DNA from: the human T2T-CHM13v2.0 reference genome, Homo sapiens
DNA length: 64,000 bases
Reading direction: 5' to 3' (one strand)
Assembly: GCF_009914755.1 (NCBI RefSeq)
Contig: NC_060946.1
Shown piece by piece: positions 47,349 through 60,599 of the stretch; position 1 is the first letter of the stretch, and each line of letters begins with the position of its first letter. The position numbers and the translations under genes are program-made. The notes beneath the pieces were generated by a model. That model did not search any database. It was not told the origin of the DNA and was given only the letters and a program-made list of their open reading frames with translations.

Positions 47349-48671
47349 TAAACCCAATAGTTCATATATGTTGCCAATATTTCTTGAGCACCTACTCTGC
47401 ACAAAACACACATGGTTCCTGAGAGATGCCCTCCTCAACCATTCGCTGCCCCTTTCTGCTGTCCTTGCCGGCCCTATGCTCCTGCAGTGCCCAGTGGACT
47501 CTCCCCTTTGCTGGTGGAACCTCTCAGCCTGGGCCCTGCCAACTCCCATTGTCCTTGGGATTGATCCCAAGCCCTTCCCAGAGGCGACTTGTCCCCTGTG
47601 TTTGCCCCACCCATGCTGGGCTTCTCCTCCACATCCCTCATCACTGCCTCCCAGGGCCTGGCACGTGGCAGGGGCTTCAGGACCCTCAGCTGGAGTGCCA
47701 GCTTGGGAATAAGTGGCCTCATCTCCCTGGGTCTCAGCCTCTTGTGTCTCGAGCCCCGTGGCCCTCCAAGCACTCCTACAGAAAGCCTGGACCGAGAAGG
47801 ACACTGGGCTGAGGCTGCCCCAAGATAAACACGCAGGGGGAGCCCCTGCCACCGTGCAGTCAGCATCCTGACTACACCAGTAAAAGGAGGGGCTGTGGAC
47901 TCCAAGAAAGCCCCAACCTCTCCCATCTGCATACCTCAAGCAGCATTAGGGTCAGGTGTGCAGGGCCTGGGAGGACCTGTCTTTGGGAGGCTGATTGCAA
48001 ATCCAAGCCCAGATGGTCCTCCATGGAACTCAAAGGAAGCACAGGGCCCCAGGCTGGTGGGTGTGTAGGGGCCAGAGGGAAAGTCAAATGCTTTCAGGGG
48101 TCCTGGGAGTGCCACGCCCCAGTCTGCCAGGTGTGGAAACAGCCCAGGGTTCTTCCATGAGCCCAGGGTTGGGTGACTTAGAGGGGAAGCCTGACTGGCT
48201 GGGAGTCCCAAGGTAGGGGGCTCGGGGGAGATAATTCTGAATTTGCCCCCTCCTCCAGTTTAAGAAAAATAATTAGGATGAATAAACACCATAGAGTCAA
48301 GGGCTCCAGGGTTTGCTTAGACCTCAGGGTAACAGAATCATGGATGGCAAACTAATCAACCCTTGAGTCACAGCTCACAAGGGGCCTGGGTGGGAGGCGG
48401 GAATTCCAGGCCCAGGGAACAGACTGGTGCGAAGGCACAGAGGTCCTAATGTGAGTGACTGGTGAGGGGCCACTGTGCTGGGGAGAAGAGGGAGGGCTGG
48501 GCCTTGGACCCAACCTTGAAAGGACATCAGTGATAGGCCAAGGGGAGGTTTTTTTTTTTTTTGCAAAGTGTGGAGTTTGGGGGACGATACCCAGCCCCTG
48601 AGTACAGAAAGCTCATCACGGCTGCTAGCCTGCTAGGGTCTCCCTCCCTGCGGCACCCCCCACCGCCTCAC

Positions 48672-48808
48672 CTTCAGTGATCACTGTGGCGAACATCAGG
48701 GCACCGGCAGCGTTAGACTTCACATGCTCCACTGGGTCTTTCAGCAGATGGACCAGGATGGGGATGACGTCAAAATGACACACCTGTTTCTTGCCCTCTC
48801 GAGATATG
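48672..48808 (-). CDS. RSPH14: RSPH14 penultimate exon
   Basis: 'ccccag|C ATA TCT'...'GAA G|gtgagg'; [45 protein letters not shown]; 137 nt. Confidence 0.93.
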
Positions 48809-49632
48809 CTGGGGCAGAGAGGGAACAGAGAGGGGCTCTGCTTGGAAGGGAGAAGAGGCGCAAGGCCCAGGAGTGCCCCAGGGAGACACAAAAGAAATAA
48901 TTGTGTGGGGGCTACCCCAGGTAGTCCCAGGACTGGTCCCCATGATCCAGGACTGGTCATGGCAGGGATGCTGGGCTGCAGAGGAGCATTGGTGTGAACG
49001 CGGCCCACTGCCAGTGAAGACCACGGGGTGACAGGGCCTCACTCTGAGCCAGCACACAGAAAAGAAATAGGGCATGTTCTCCGTGGCCCCAAAATGGGGA
49101 ACAGCAGGACCCAGGGGTGTCAACCACAGGGAGACCTGTTTTGACTTTGCCTAAGAGCCAGAGCTGACAGTGATGGGCCAAGCTGCCCCCAACAGCAGCA
49201 GCTGCCGGGCACTGGGCAACTGCAGCTAAGGACTCAGACCAGGTAACTTTTAGGCCACTTACTCTGGCACTGAATGAAGTTGTGGAAATGAGGATGATGA
49301 ACTCCCCAAAAGTTTCCTGAGAGAGGGTCAATTCTGTCCCCTAAAAAGAAAGGGCTCCCTGGGCCAGGAAACACTGTTCACAAGCCCCACAGGAATGCCA
49401 CAGTGCAAAGACCCCTGTGTCACTTAGTTTAATCAACCTTTCCCAAATGTAGCCACCAAAGAACCCTCATTTTTGTAGAGCTCTTAATGACCTCAAAGAC
49501 ACAGGTGTTCCCTGGGAACACAGATTGGGAAATGAGGTTGGCCAGCCACTAGCTGTGACACTGGGAGCCTTTCAGGGCAGTGGGCCTCAACCCCGAAGCC
49601 CATGATCAAAGTTGCAGAGTCCTGGGCCCCAC

Positions 49633-49728
49633 ATGCAGGGATTCCCTGATTCGTTCACACAGCAAGACACTGAGACAAGAGCGATGCAGGGATTCCCCGA
49701 TTTGTTCACAAGAGTGGGGACAAGAGCA
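49633..49728. repeat. Two-copy imperfect tandem repeat (~50 bp)
   Basis: 'atgcagggattccc(t/c)gatt(c/t)gttcaca...gacaagagc' twice. Confidence 0.75.
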
Positions 49729-50764
49729 GGGTTTCTCCAGCTCAGTGTTCTTTAGGGCCAGATAATTCTCAACTGGGAGCCAAAGCTCCCCCGCTGCAAA
49801 CCCTGGGTTTAGGGCAGCAAACAGAGGAAAGCCCTGTCCTCAGGAGCTCCCCTCGGGGATGACACACAAAGTAACGGCAGGGATGGTGGTCACAGTGGAC
49901 ATGGGAGGACAGGGGACAGCAGGGAGGTTACAGTTTCAGAGAGAGAGAGCTCTCTCCTGGAAAGCCACTCTCATGGTCCCACAGAAAGGGGACCTCTGAG
50001 CAGACCTAAGAATGATGGGGCTGGGACAGGGCCCAGGAATCTGCATTTTCACAAACCTCCCGGTGGCTTGGGTCCGGGGCCCCACTTGCAGAAATACTGG
50101 CCTGAGCCTCTAGTGAGACTCTCAGAAGAGAAGCCAGGACTTAGGGAAGGCAAGAGGGTCTCCACTAAAGAGACATAGCCACAGCTAAGGCAGAGACTCT
50201 GGGGTTCGGTGACCAGCCTGTCCTCGTGAAAAGGGGCCCAGTGTGAGAACACACACCGCACCCTGCCCCCTGCAGCTTTGAGGCTTTGGGCTCCCTCAGT
50301 TTCCAGGCCAGGATGTAGACTGTGATCCTGTGTGACCTGGTGTGAGACACAAGACACTGCCTCCTTTTCTCACCTGTGAAGGCAGACATCACCTCCCTGG
50401 AGGGTCGCCTAAATGTGAGGTTTGTAGACAACGCCTGGCACACAGGAGGCACTCAGTGACCGCTGGGTGTCATGATCATCACCAGTGCATCTCCTGTGCT
50501 GGCCTTCCTCATGGGGAGGGGGTGCACAATCATCTGGCTTTGTCCAGGCTGAGGGGTTTCCTGGGATACAGTACACTCCCAGGCCAACGGGATGGTGGTC
50601 ACCCTAGGGGAGAAGGTCATCCTCTGTCCCAGCTCCCTCCTGCCCCTGGGCACAAGCAGGCAAGGGGAAGCAGGCCCAGGGTGGCCGCCCTTGAGCTCTG
50701 GACCAGTCCAGCTCAGGTGCCTTCTCCCAGCCTTGGTAGAAACCCAGCCTAGGCCAGGCCTCAC

Positions 50765-50996
50765 CTGACATTAAGGAGCGCACGGGCGGCCTTGCTGCGG
50801 ATGTTCTGGTTGGCGCTGAGGAGCTTCTGCTTCAGGACAAGCACCACATTGCTGCCCAGGGCCTCGGTGGCATCCTCCTGCAGGCAGAGGACCAGTGTGT
50901 CCAGGATGAACTCCTGGAACTCCTCCTCCTCCACCTCCACCTGCAGCTTCCATACCAGTGAGGAAATCAGACCTTTGCTGATGATCTCTTGGGCCC
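50765..50996 (-). CDS. RSPH14: RSPH14 internal coding exon
   Basis: 'ccttgtag|GG GCC CAA'...'GTC AG|gtgagg'; [35 protein letters not shown]...KAARALLNV; 232 nt; upstream exons are outside the window. Confidence 0.93.
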
Positions 50997-52395
50997 CTAC
51001 AAGGCAGGAAAGGGCACTGAGGGCGGGCTGGCCACACACCCACCCACCCATGCCAGTTGGCCTGCAGGGCTCAAGGAGGGTCTTGCAGAACCAGTGGGTG
51101 GGTTTGACAAAAGGACTTGCAAGTGCCACCCCCACACACACGTCCCGCCTGGCCAGGGGCCTGAGCGACCAGCAGGCAGCTGCAGTGACAGCCATGTCAG
51201 GGGCTAAGGGCGGAGGCTCAGAGAACCCAGGAAGGACCAGTCTTTTGTCGCCTGTGTCTCAGGGGGCATCTACCATAGCAAGCGCACAGCAGCTGGAGAG
51301 GCAGTAAGCCACCCCTCGGAGAGCTGACAGCTCACTCCTGCAGGGCCCAGGCACACCAGGAGACCTCCACTCTTCCCTCCCCCTGCCCCAGAGTTGGGGA
51401 GCCAGCCAAGCCCCCGCTTCCCATCCACCAAAATATTTCAAAGCTGCTGGAGACCCCACACTGGTCTGACCAGCCCTGGAGAAGAGCTTGGTTTTGACTC
51501 TGAGACAGAAGACCTAGAGTGTAGGCCAGTGTCACACTCACCAAAAAGAGCTGTGCCCCAACTAAAGGTGACGGGAAGCCATAGGCTCTCGTCTTCAAGG
51601 GACCTGGGGCTCTGTGGGAAGGGGGCTCCACATGGCACAGCTGGGGTGCAGGTACTGGGAGAAGCACAATGAGGCAAGGCTCCCCCATAAACAGGCCCCA
51701 CCTGGCTCCTCCCAGCTCCCTTCCCTCCTGAGGAATGTCAGCATGTGGTTGCCTAGAGAACCCAGCACGAGTGGCATCCTGAGCCCAGGACGGTGGGCAG
51801 AACAGCCCTCCTGAGTCACTGAGATGAGAAGCACAGGGAATGTGCACAGTGCCCTTCCCTACGGCACGCAGCTGCCCTCGCCACTGCCCTGCAGCCCACT
51901 GCCTACTGCAAAGCCATCTACAGCCCCCAGGGAGGTGGCCACCAGCAGACACCTCTTTCTTCCGCCCTCCCCAGCTAAACCCTCTAATTTACTCTAGAGA
52001 GAGAAATAAACAGGTTGATTAGCCTAAAGGTCTCCAAGTGCCAATTAGTACCAGGGATTTCCTCTTTGAAGACATCACCCCAACCTTCTTCCCCCACTCC
52101 CTGAGGACATCAAACAGCAGGTGCCCAGGGTGATGGGGTAGAAAGGCGGAGCAGGGTGCTGAGTGGCTCTTACCGCCCCCCACCATGTCTCATAATGTCC
52201 AGCAGCTCTCCATGCCCCATCCCCCAGGTCCTCTGGTGTCAGGTGGCTTCCAGTGCCCCTGGCCAGCTTCTCACTGTGGTATCAGATGGAGCAGCTAGAT
52301 CTGCCCTGTTTGTTCTCAGGGCTCTGACCACCCAGGAAAAGTGGGTTCCTGTTGCTTCTACTGTGTTGGCCTTTTTTATTTAATATGCACAGATT

Positions 52396-52426
<31 letters not shown>

Positions 52427-55400
52427 GCCTAGGTCTCATTTAAAACATATCCTTTCCAATCTGTGTGACCTTGGACAAGTTACTTAACCTCTCTGAGTCT
52501 AGTTTCCTTATCACTGAAACGGGCCTACCTGGCAGGGGGTTGTGGATGAAAACGTGTTCCACGTGCTGTGGATTTCTTCATCCATGTAAGGGTCTGTCCC
52601 TGTGTGCCCAGAACATCTGGGCCTAGGGTGGCAAGAGTCTCCTGAATTCCACCAACACTGAGTCCCAGCTACAAGCAAGGGCCTGCTGGAGGCTGAGGAG
52701 TAGGATACAAGACAAACGCTGCACAGCCCAAGCCCTGCAGATCCCATCAGTGCAGAAACCCCCCAACCCTACCACCCCTCCCGAGGCCTGATCCTCTCTC
52801 TCGCGCAGCTCCCTGCTTTGCCCATACCACACACCTGGCCTCCTGCTCCCGCTCTGCTTCCCCTCAGGTTCTGCCCACGGTCTCCCTACCCACTCCTGGC
52901 TATAGATTCAACTCAGTGGTGACCTGGACGGCCCTCTTCCAGCTCACAGCAGGGAGGCGACAATTTGACCTTCTGTTAATTTTGCTGGCAGATGGAAGGA
53001 CAAAGTTCTGGGATGGGGACACTTGAGCAAAGACCTGGGGGTAAGGAAGTTGTTAATTTTCAAATCAGGGCTAGATTGTAGCCTCGTCTCACCTATCTGA
53101 GCTTCCCAGGAAATCCCTGGGACAGGTGTCATTGCTGAGTCAGGATGGGCACAAGTTAGGGGAGGAATATAGAAGGAGTTGAGGTCAGAAAAGTCAACAT
53201 TCAAGGTGATCACCTCCATTACCCACCTCTCCTTGGTGAGGAAACTGAGGCCCAGAGAGGCAACTTGAATACCTAAGGTCACACAGCAGATGGTGGCAAA
53301 GCCAGGCGGGACCCTCAGCCCCTTGGGTTTTGTTTCTCAGGCATTTGTCTTGTACTTCTGCTCCTAGAAATGCTTAGCACAGGGACCGGGGTTCATTTTG
53401 AGACAGAGGGAGAAGATTAAAAATAAAACGCGTGCCGGGTGTGCCTTTCTGCTCGTTCACTTTGCTTCTTTTCAGCTAAAAGAAGAGTCTCGGGCCTGGC
53501 TATTTATAACTAACCCAGATCTGCGATGGCTTGCTCAAGTGGGGGTGGGGCACACAGACCCCAGGGAAACAATCGGGGAAATCCACCCAACTGGGCGGCA
53601 GCCTGAGCGTCCGCTGGGGGTGGGGGGTGGTTGCAGAAGAGGTAGGACAGGTGGGGCACAGAGAATCAGCCAGATGGGGTGGCACCAGAGCAGGCCAGGC
53701 TCTGGGCCATCCATGGTTTAGAGACAAGCAACATATGCCCACCCCACCCCCGGGAAGTGGGAAAACTAGTGGAATAGTCAGCTGGGGACAGGTCACTACA
53801 GAACAGGTTGACATGTGTGTAGACCAGGAATTCCAGGGTCCTAGGGGCTCTGGAGGTGCACAAAGGGAGGCCCCGGGGAAGCTGGTTCTCATGGATGTGG
53901 AGGAGAGCCCAGAACAGCAGGGCTCAAATGTATGTGTTTGTGGGGAGTCCCCGATCTGGCCTGGCTGATATGTAGGGGCTAGGATGGGTTCAGTGGTTGA
54001 TGAGCCAAAGAGATCCAATGGGATTGAGGGGTCACGGATGTCCATGGTGTGGAGCCCCAGTGGTGGAGTCTGGGTCATTTTCTTTGTGGTGGGGCAGGGC
54101 GGGTGCTGACACCATGTTGAGGGGCCACTCCTCAGCCAGCTGTGCCTGCTGGGTTGGGGAGGTGCTGAGTGGGCTCAGTCACCACCATGGCCCCCTTCCT
54201 CTGGCTACAGCAAAGCCCCAGCTGTTGTCTCCCAGCCAATGAGGGCTCAGGACAGAGCACCAGCACCCAGGTTCTGGTCGCAGCCACACCCTTTCCTGTT
54301 AGGGGACTGCACATCCACACATGGCATCTGGGGCCCACCTTGCCGCAGGTGACCCACCTGTCCAGCTTTAGCCTTGCATGGCCCTGTGCCCTGAACTCCT
54401 GGCCCACTGGGCCTGCCTTTGCTCCAAGGGGTGCTTCTCTGTCCTCAGCTTTCTCGGCTTCCAGGTAGCTGGGAGCATGGTTAACAGCTTCTTCCTTTAC
54501 CACATGCTCTCTTCCCGTGCCTCTGGTACCCTCCATTCTCTGGTTCCTGACCACCTCCCCAACTGCTCCTCCATCTTTTTGGTAAGCACCATCTCTTCCT
54601 CCAGTGGTCCCCACCCTCTCCCCTTCTCTCATCTCCCTGGGTCCTGATAATGCCCCGCCACTGTCTCCTAACATGCTCTTGGTCTCCCTGCCATCTCACA
54701 GCCACAGCAGACCGTACACTGAACTCAGCCTCACAGACTGACTTCTGTGCTCACTCCCACTTCCTCTGGACTGACTAACTGATGTTTTTGTTATTTTATT
54801 ATGTCCAGTAGGACAACTCACATTGTCTGTGGGACCACGCCTACTGTAAACAGGCAATTAAAAACTTCTCCTCCTCCTTCTCAAATTTAAAAGACTAATG
54901 TTAAAACTCTCGAGCAGTTCTTAGGCCAACGTCCCTGATCCTACTGCCCCAAGCTGGCATCTGTGCATGGGCAACGACCCTGGCCCCAGCCACACTGGTC
55001 TTCTCTGGGTTCTTCCTGGCCTCGTGCTCCTTCATGTCCTGCACCGTCCCCGCCTTGGAACTCACTTCCCTCCCACCCTATGTCACTGGCCACCTCCACG
55101 CCTGCTATGGCCTCATTCCAAGCATCTCTTCCTTTGGGAAGCTGGCCCAATGCCCAATGCTCCCCCACTCCACATGCCCCCAGAGCCCCAGTGGGTCTCC
55201 TCAGATAGCCTCACATGACTGTAAGGCCCAATCGTTGTTTGCTTTCTGCCCCTGCCCTACAGGCAGAGGGTCTGCCAGAAAAGGGCCGGTCTGAATCCTA
55301 GAACTGTGCCTACAACTATACCCTGGTGGAGGAGGCTATCTGTAAGTGACTGCTGCATGAATACAATATTGGTTTGATGCCAGGTGAGATGTCCCTCTCT

Positions 55401-56869
55401 TACTTTGAGGTCAAGTCAGGGAGGTGTCAGCCAGCCCCAGTGGACCCCTCCGCAGGCTAGCCTCTGCTCTGGACCACTGGAAAGGGCCATCTCACTGTTG
55501 CATGTGGGCTTACCTCTGCAAACAATTCAACTCTGACCCCCAGACTCTGCAGTGGAAACAGCCTCTGGCTATCCCAAGACATGCTAATATGCATTTCCTA
55601 TATACATTAACCCTCAGAGCCACCCTCTGACCACAGTCTGTTACATTCCCTTTTGACAGAAGAGGAAACAGAGGCTCAGCCAGGTAGCACAGCTGCCGGT
55701 CTCTGTGTGGTCCTCCTGGCAAGAGGTCCAGCCTGACACAGCCTGGTGGTGTGGAAGGCAAGCACAAAGGGTAGCTAGCCCCTCAGCCATTGGCTGAATT
55801 CCCTTGGTCCTCACTGGACACCTCCAGTGAGCACTAAGTTCGCCTCCATGATGCCCATAACAAATATACGTCCTGTTCCTGACAGTTGAGGCAGCACCCT
55901 CACAGGTGGCCCATGACCCTGCAGGTACGTAACGCAATGGTCTCCATCTCACAGAAGAGGAAACATTCCTAGGGAGGTTATGGGATGATGCTGAGATGCC
56001 ACAGTGTCCAGCTGGCAAAGCCAGGCACATGCCCCTGCCCCTCCACCACAGAGCTATGATGGAGAGACCGCTCCATGGACCTCTGCCATGGTCAGGTCCA
56101 GGGCTGCTGCTCAAAGAATGGCATGATCCACACCTTACAAAGGTGTGAGGTGATAAGGAACGCGTTAGCTGGGAAGGCATTTGCACTTTGTCAGGGATGC
56201 TCTAGGATACACAAAGCTTCAGATTTACAAAGATGGAGAAGAGAGACAGGAGCATTCATGTCTTGGCCCTCTGGCTTGAGAGTCTTTTAAGCATGGAACT
56301 GAGGGACTCCTGGCCCTGAGGTCCACAGATAGGCTTTGAAATTGAAAACAGAATTTTGCAGCCTGGGTTCAGCTGCGTTTTGCTGAGGGTCTGATGCTTT
56401 CCACCAGCTTCCCAAAAGCGCCAATCAGTGGCCTTAACTGAACTGGCTCTCTCACGCTTGTCTGGGCTGGGGGCCAGCTCCTCGGTCCTTCTCCCTTCCT
56501 TCCCTCCCAAGGCCACCCTTCCGTGTGCCAGGATTGCCAGGGACGCCAAAGAGCCCCTAGACACTGGGCGGTGGCGGCGGGGGGCGGCGGCAGAGATGAC
56601 TAATGCTCCCTCCCATCGCTGCACAAACCTCACCGGTGTAAATCGTTAGGGTTTGCATAGGCCTTTCACACGTTCTGAAGGATTGGTGAGACAATCCAGG
56701 AGAGCAGGTGCCACTAGCCCCACTTTGCAAACAGAAAGGCTGGGAGAGGTCAGTCGGTTGCCCAAGGACGTAGAGCTCACAAGAGGCCGAACTGGGTTTG
56801 AACCCGAGTGGAGAGAAGGCGAGCCGGGACTGGCTGCAGTAAAGAGGGCCAGGACCATGGCTGGGCTCA

Positions 56870-58290
56870 GGCTTGGTTTCCCGGGCTGCCAGAGGTGGCC
56901 CCTGGGGCTCGGCTACCAGGCCTCAGCGCAGCGGAGTCGGTGGAACGCCGGCGCGGGGAGCTCTTGCGGGACTGCGGCGCGCGCGGAGCTGCGACCCCGC
57001 CCCTGTCCGTCCCCATTGGGCTACTGGCCCGTCCGTCAGCTGCCTGTGCCCAATGGACAGAGGGCCGGCGCTCGTGGCGGGGCGGAGGTGCCCGGCGCGT
57101 GGTGCCCGGCGGGCGCGCGGCACCCCCCCGCCCGCGGTTGGCCTGGCAACGGGCTGCGCTCGCGGCTCCGCCCCCTGCCGGCGGCGGCGCGGCGCGGGGC
57201 GGGCGGACCCGCGGACTGGCGGCGGGCGGCGGGCGGCGGGCGGCGGGCGGCGCGGGAGGGCGGGCGGAGGGAACCAGGCCGGCCGGAGCGTGTGCGCCGC
57301 CCGCGGTCCGGTCACGTCCCCGCGTGGGCGCCGCTGCCCGCGTCGTACGGAACGAGGGCGCCGCGGCCCCGTGCTCGCCGCCCCGCCCCGCCCCGCCCTG
57401 CCCGGAGCAGCTCGGCAGATGCTCTGTGCTGCGGCCCGGAGGTGAGTGAGCCGACCCGCGGCCGGCCGCGCGCCGCTGAGCCTCAGGGGTCGGGGGCACG
57501 GCCGGGGCATCCACCTTGCCCCCACTTGGGACTCTTCCCAGGCCTTTGTGCCCCGGATCCGCCAGGACGCAGCGTCAGGGATGCCCCTCAGGGGTGGGGG
57601 ACACCAAGGGCGGGGACGCCTGCGAGGTGGGCAGGGGGCGGCCTCTGGTCGGGCAGGTGCTGGGGGAGGGATGCGCCGCCAAGCCGATGACCCCGCGGGA
57701 GGGGGCGGTTGAGGACCCGGGAGGGTGGACAGAGGGCGCCGGGGATGCCGCGCGGGGCCGCCGGGCGCCCCCAAGCAGCGGCTGATGCGGAGCCCGGGCG
57801 GGCCAGGCGAGCTGCGGGAGCGGCGCTGAGGCGGGTCTCCCTAGGGGGAGGATCAGGGAGGGGCGGCCGGAGCCGATGCAGGGCCTTGCCTGAAACCGAG
57901 GAGAGGGCCCCAGAGGCCTGGGCCCGAGGACCTGGGCCCGCAGACGGACAGCTAGCAGTTCTCGGTCACTGCTCTTGCAGCGAGCAGGTTCCTCACAGGC
58001 ATTTAGAGGAAGAGATGAGTATCGACCTGCTGCGATTGTAATACGTTCCCGGCTCAATATTTTTTCCCTTAAAAGGCGGTGGGGGTGTTTGGGGGAGGGG
58101 AGTGAGGGCCTCAGGGCTGGCGCTCCGTATCCTGCGGGCGATCCGAGGGGGCTCTGCCTTTAGGGCGGTGCTGAGCCTTCCTGGGTGATGATGGCAGGAT
58201 TCGGCCTAGGCCGAGAATGGGGGCTCCTGTTAACTGAGACAAGAGGATGATGCCAAGCGAGACCAGCGTTCCGCGTAGTCCGTGTTGGGG
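56870..58290 (+). promoter_or_regulatory. GNAZ: CpG-island promoter (GNAZ by locus context)
   Basis: Very high GC and CpG density; ATTGG 57015-57019; CCAAT 57050-57054; GC box 57079-57087; no TATA box; gene name from the known GNAZ/RSPH14 nesting. Confidence 0.75.
57250..57441 (+). other. GNAZ: Non-coding first exon of GNAZ (start approximate)
   Basis: Strong donor GAG|gtgagt at 57441/57442 inside the island; no G-alpha coding exon seen in the window. Confidence 0.6.
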
Positions 58291-60599
58291 TGGAGGGACC
58301 CGCCTGGTAGAGAGGTCTGTCTTGCTTGGGGAGACAGCTGAGCCCCTGACCGGCTCCTTTCTGCCCAAGTGATTTCCCTGCCCTGGGGATTGAGCTCTCT
58401 GGAGAAGGCTCCTTGGCCAAATTCAATTAAGCAAATATTTATTGAGTGGTCACTCCCCCAGAGCTTGACGCTGGGGTGCACCGGGTGGGAGTGGACTGGG
58501 CCTGCCCTCCCAGGACTGATTGACCACCGCATAGGGGAAAACGTCTCTACTCGACCAACCCCGCTTGAGTGCAGGTGCAGGGGCCTCGGGAGGGACCTCA
58601 GAGTGGTGTCCTGGGCTGGGGGGTCAGGTGAGCTCGTGGGCAACATGACATTTGAACTGGAGCTTGAAGGACATGGGCACAGCTAAGCTGGGCATTGTGG
58701 GCAGAGAGGAGAGAATAGACCGAGGCACTTGGGCAGTTAGGTCTGATGGGAGCACTTAGCATGCCTGGGGAGTAGGAGGAGGTATGGCGGGAAAGGCCGG
58801 TGGGGGCTGCACGGGGCTGAGGGAGCTGGGAAGTGGAATGACCCCACTGCTGGTTAACTGTGGCTATGGTGGAGACCACGGCTTCCTCATCTGTAAAAGC
58901 GAAGCAGTTCCATGACCCCATGAGCTGGGGTGGGCCTGGAGAAGAGCTAGCTTTAAAGACTGGGGAAGGCTCCTTGCAGTCTGAGACTGTGCTTCCAGGC
59001 ACTTCTCCCTCGGGCACAGCCAGGGCACTGGGTAACCACCCAGGCAACCCCCTTGTTAGGATTGAGTTGCCTGTTTCGGGGATGATGCTTAGCTAGTGAC
59101 TCTGTGCCTCTGGGATGTGGATGTTTGAGAGCAGTAATCGTGGCAGCCTGGGAGCATCCATCTACGGGGTGCAGTGGGGGTGTGGATGGCCTGGCGGTGC
59201 TTGGATAAAATATGCGCCTTGAGCAAGCCTCATTCTCTAGGAATGAGGAGATGCTGGCATCTGGTTTAAAAGTCTTCCTGTGTGTTCCTCTAACTGACGT
59301 TGATTTTCTGAGACAGGAGGTGAATAAGACATAATTTCTCCCCCTCGGAAATTGGTGTCACTTTCCCCCCTAAGTCAGCTCCCTCATTTCTGGGGATGTT
59401 TTTGCTCTCCCTCTGAAGGGGCTGTTTGTTACTCATCTTTGTAGTGTGCCTACCCTCCCCACCCAACACACACTTGGCTTTGGCCAAGGCCCAGGTTGAT
59501 GCAGCGAGAACAGGGCCTGCCCTCGTGGGGTGTGCAGTCTGTGCTGAGCAGGGTGAGCTGCTGTGCTCTGTGCCTGTCGCCTGGACTGTTGCAGGGACCT
59601 GGCATGTGACTGTGGGTTTGGGACACAGGGAATGGATTCTTCCCTCTGTCCCCAGCCTCTCAGTCCTTTTGTTTTCTAGAATCTCAGGAGGAACCTCAGA
59701 GACCTGGAGGCCCCACCAGAGTGGCCAGAACCTGGTGCAGGAGTATGGGTGGGGTCTCAGTCTGGCCCTCAGGAGCTTCTAGAACAATTCCAGGAATTTG
59801 CAGGTAACTGGATTGACTTCACAAGGGCTGCCCAGGGCCCCCGCAGAGAGGCCAGTGGGACAGGAATGCTGAATATAGCAATTCAGGAATGCTGAATTTA
59901 GTCATCTTGTGTGTGAACACATGTGTGCGGCTTCCTCCCCTGGAGGCAAGGAAGGCAGCCCTGTGCTGTCTGTCCCACGCTAGCCTCAGAATACTTAAGA
60001 CGGTGTGTGGTGGCAAAGGCACTCTCACTGCTGCTGACCATGGCAGGTGCACGGGCACACTGGAGGAGGCAGGTCAGCATGCTGCTCTCCCGAACCCTCC
60101 AGCAAGGAAACCTGGGGTAGCCAAGCCTCTGAGCACCTGTGAGCACTGTGCTTGGCTGGAAGGAGCACAAAGCGAAATGAACAGAGGCGTCAGTGCAGAT
60201 GCCAAGGGTCAGCCCCAGGCAGAATCCCAGAGCAGAGGCTATGCTGCGGCCTGGGCAGAATGAAGAGGGACGTGGGAGCACCCAGACTGTTGTGGCTCCG
60301 GGGTGGTGAGGTGAGCATTCCAGTCTAGGTGGCAGAAGACCTGGAGTCAGGTCCTGGTCCCACCATCCTAGGTCCAGCCCCTTTTTCTCTGAACCTCATT
60401 ATCCTCATCCATACCCAAAGCCAAGAGTGCCCTGCCCTGTCCCCACACCAGCCCCTGCCACACATTTTGGCCCTTTCGTGCGAACACCGCCAGGGGAGGC
60501 GCTTCACAGGATTGAACCAACAGGGACCGCTTGACAGATCCTAGAGCACATAGGAGGAGACATCAGCCCTCTGGACTGAGCCGGAGGAGCAGAACCTCA

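Noticed and set aside
56653-58057. Several 160-345-aa ORFs on both strands
   Set aside because: Arg/Gly/Pro/Ala-rich artefacts of the CpG island; no G-alpha motifs.
58160-58185. Possible REST/NRSE site near the neuronal promoter ('ggtgctgag')
   Set aside because: Only one half-site is present; there is no correctly spaced GGACAG half.
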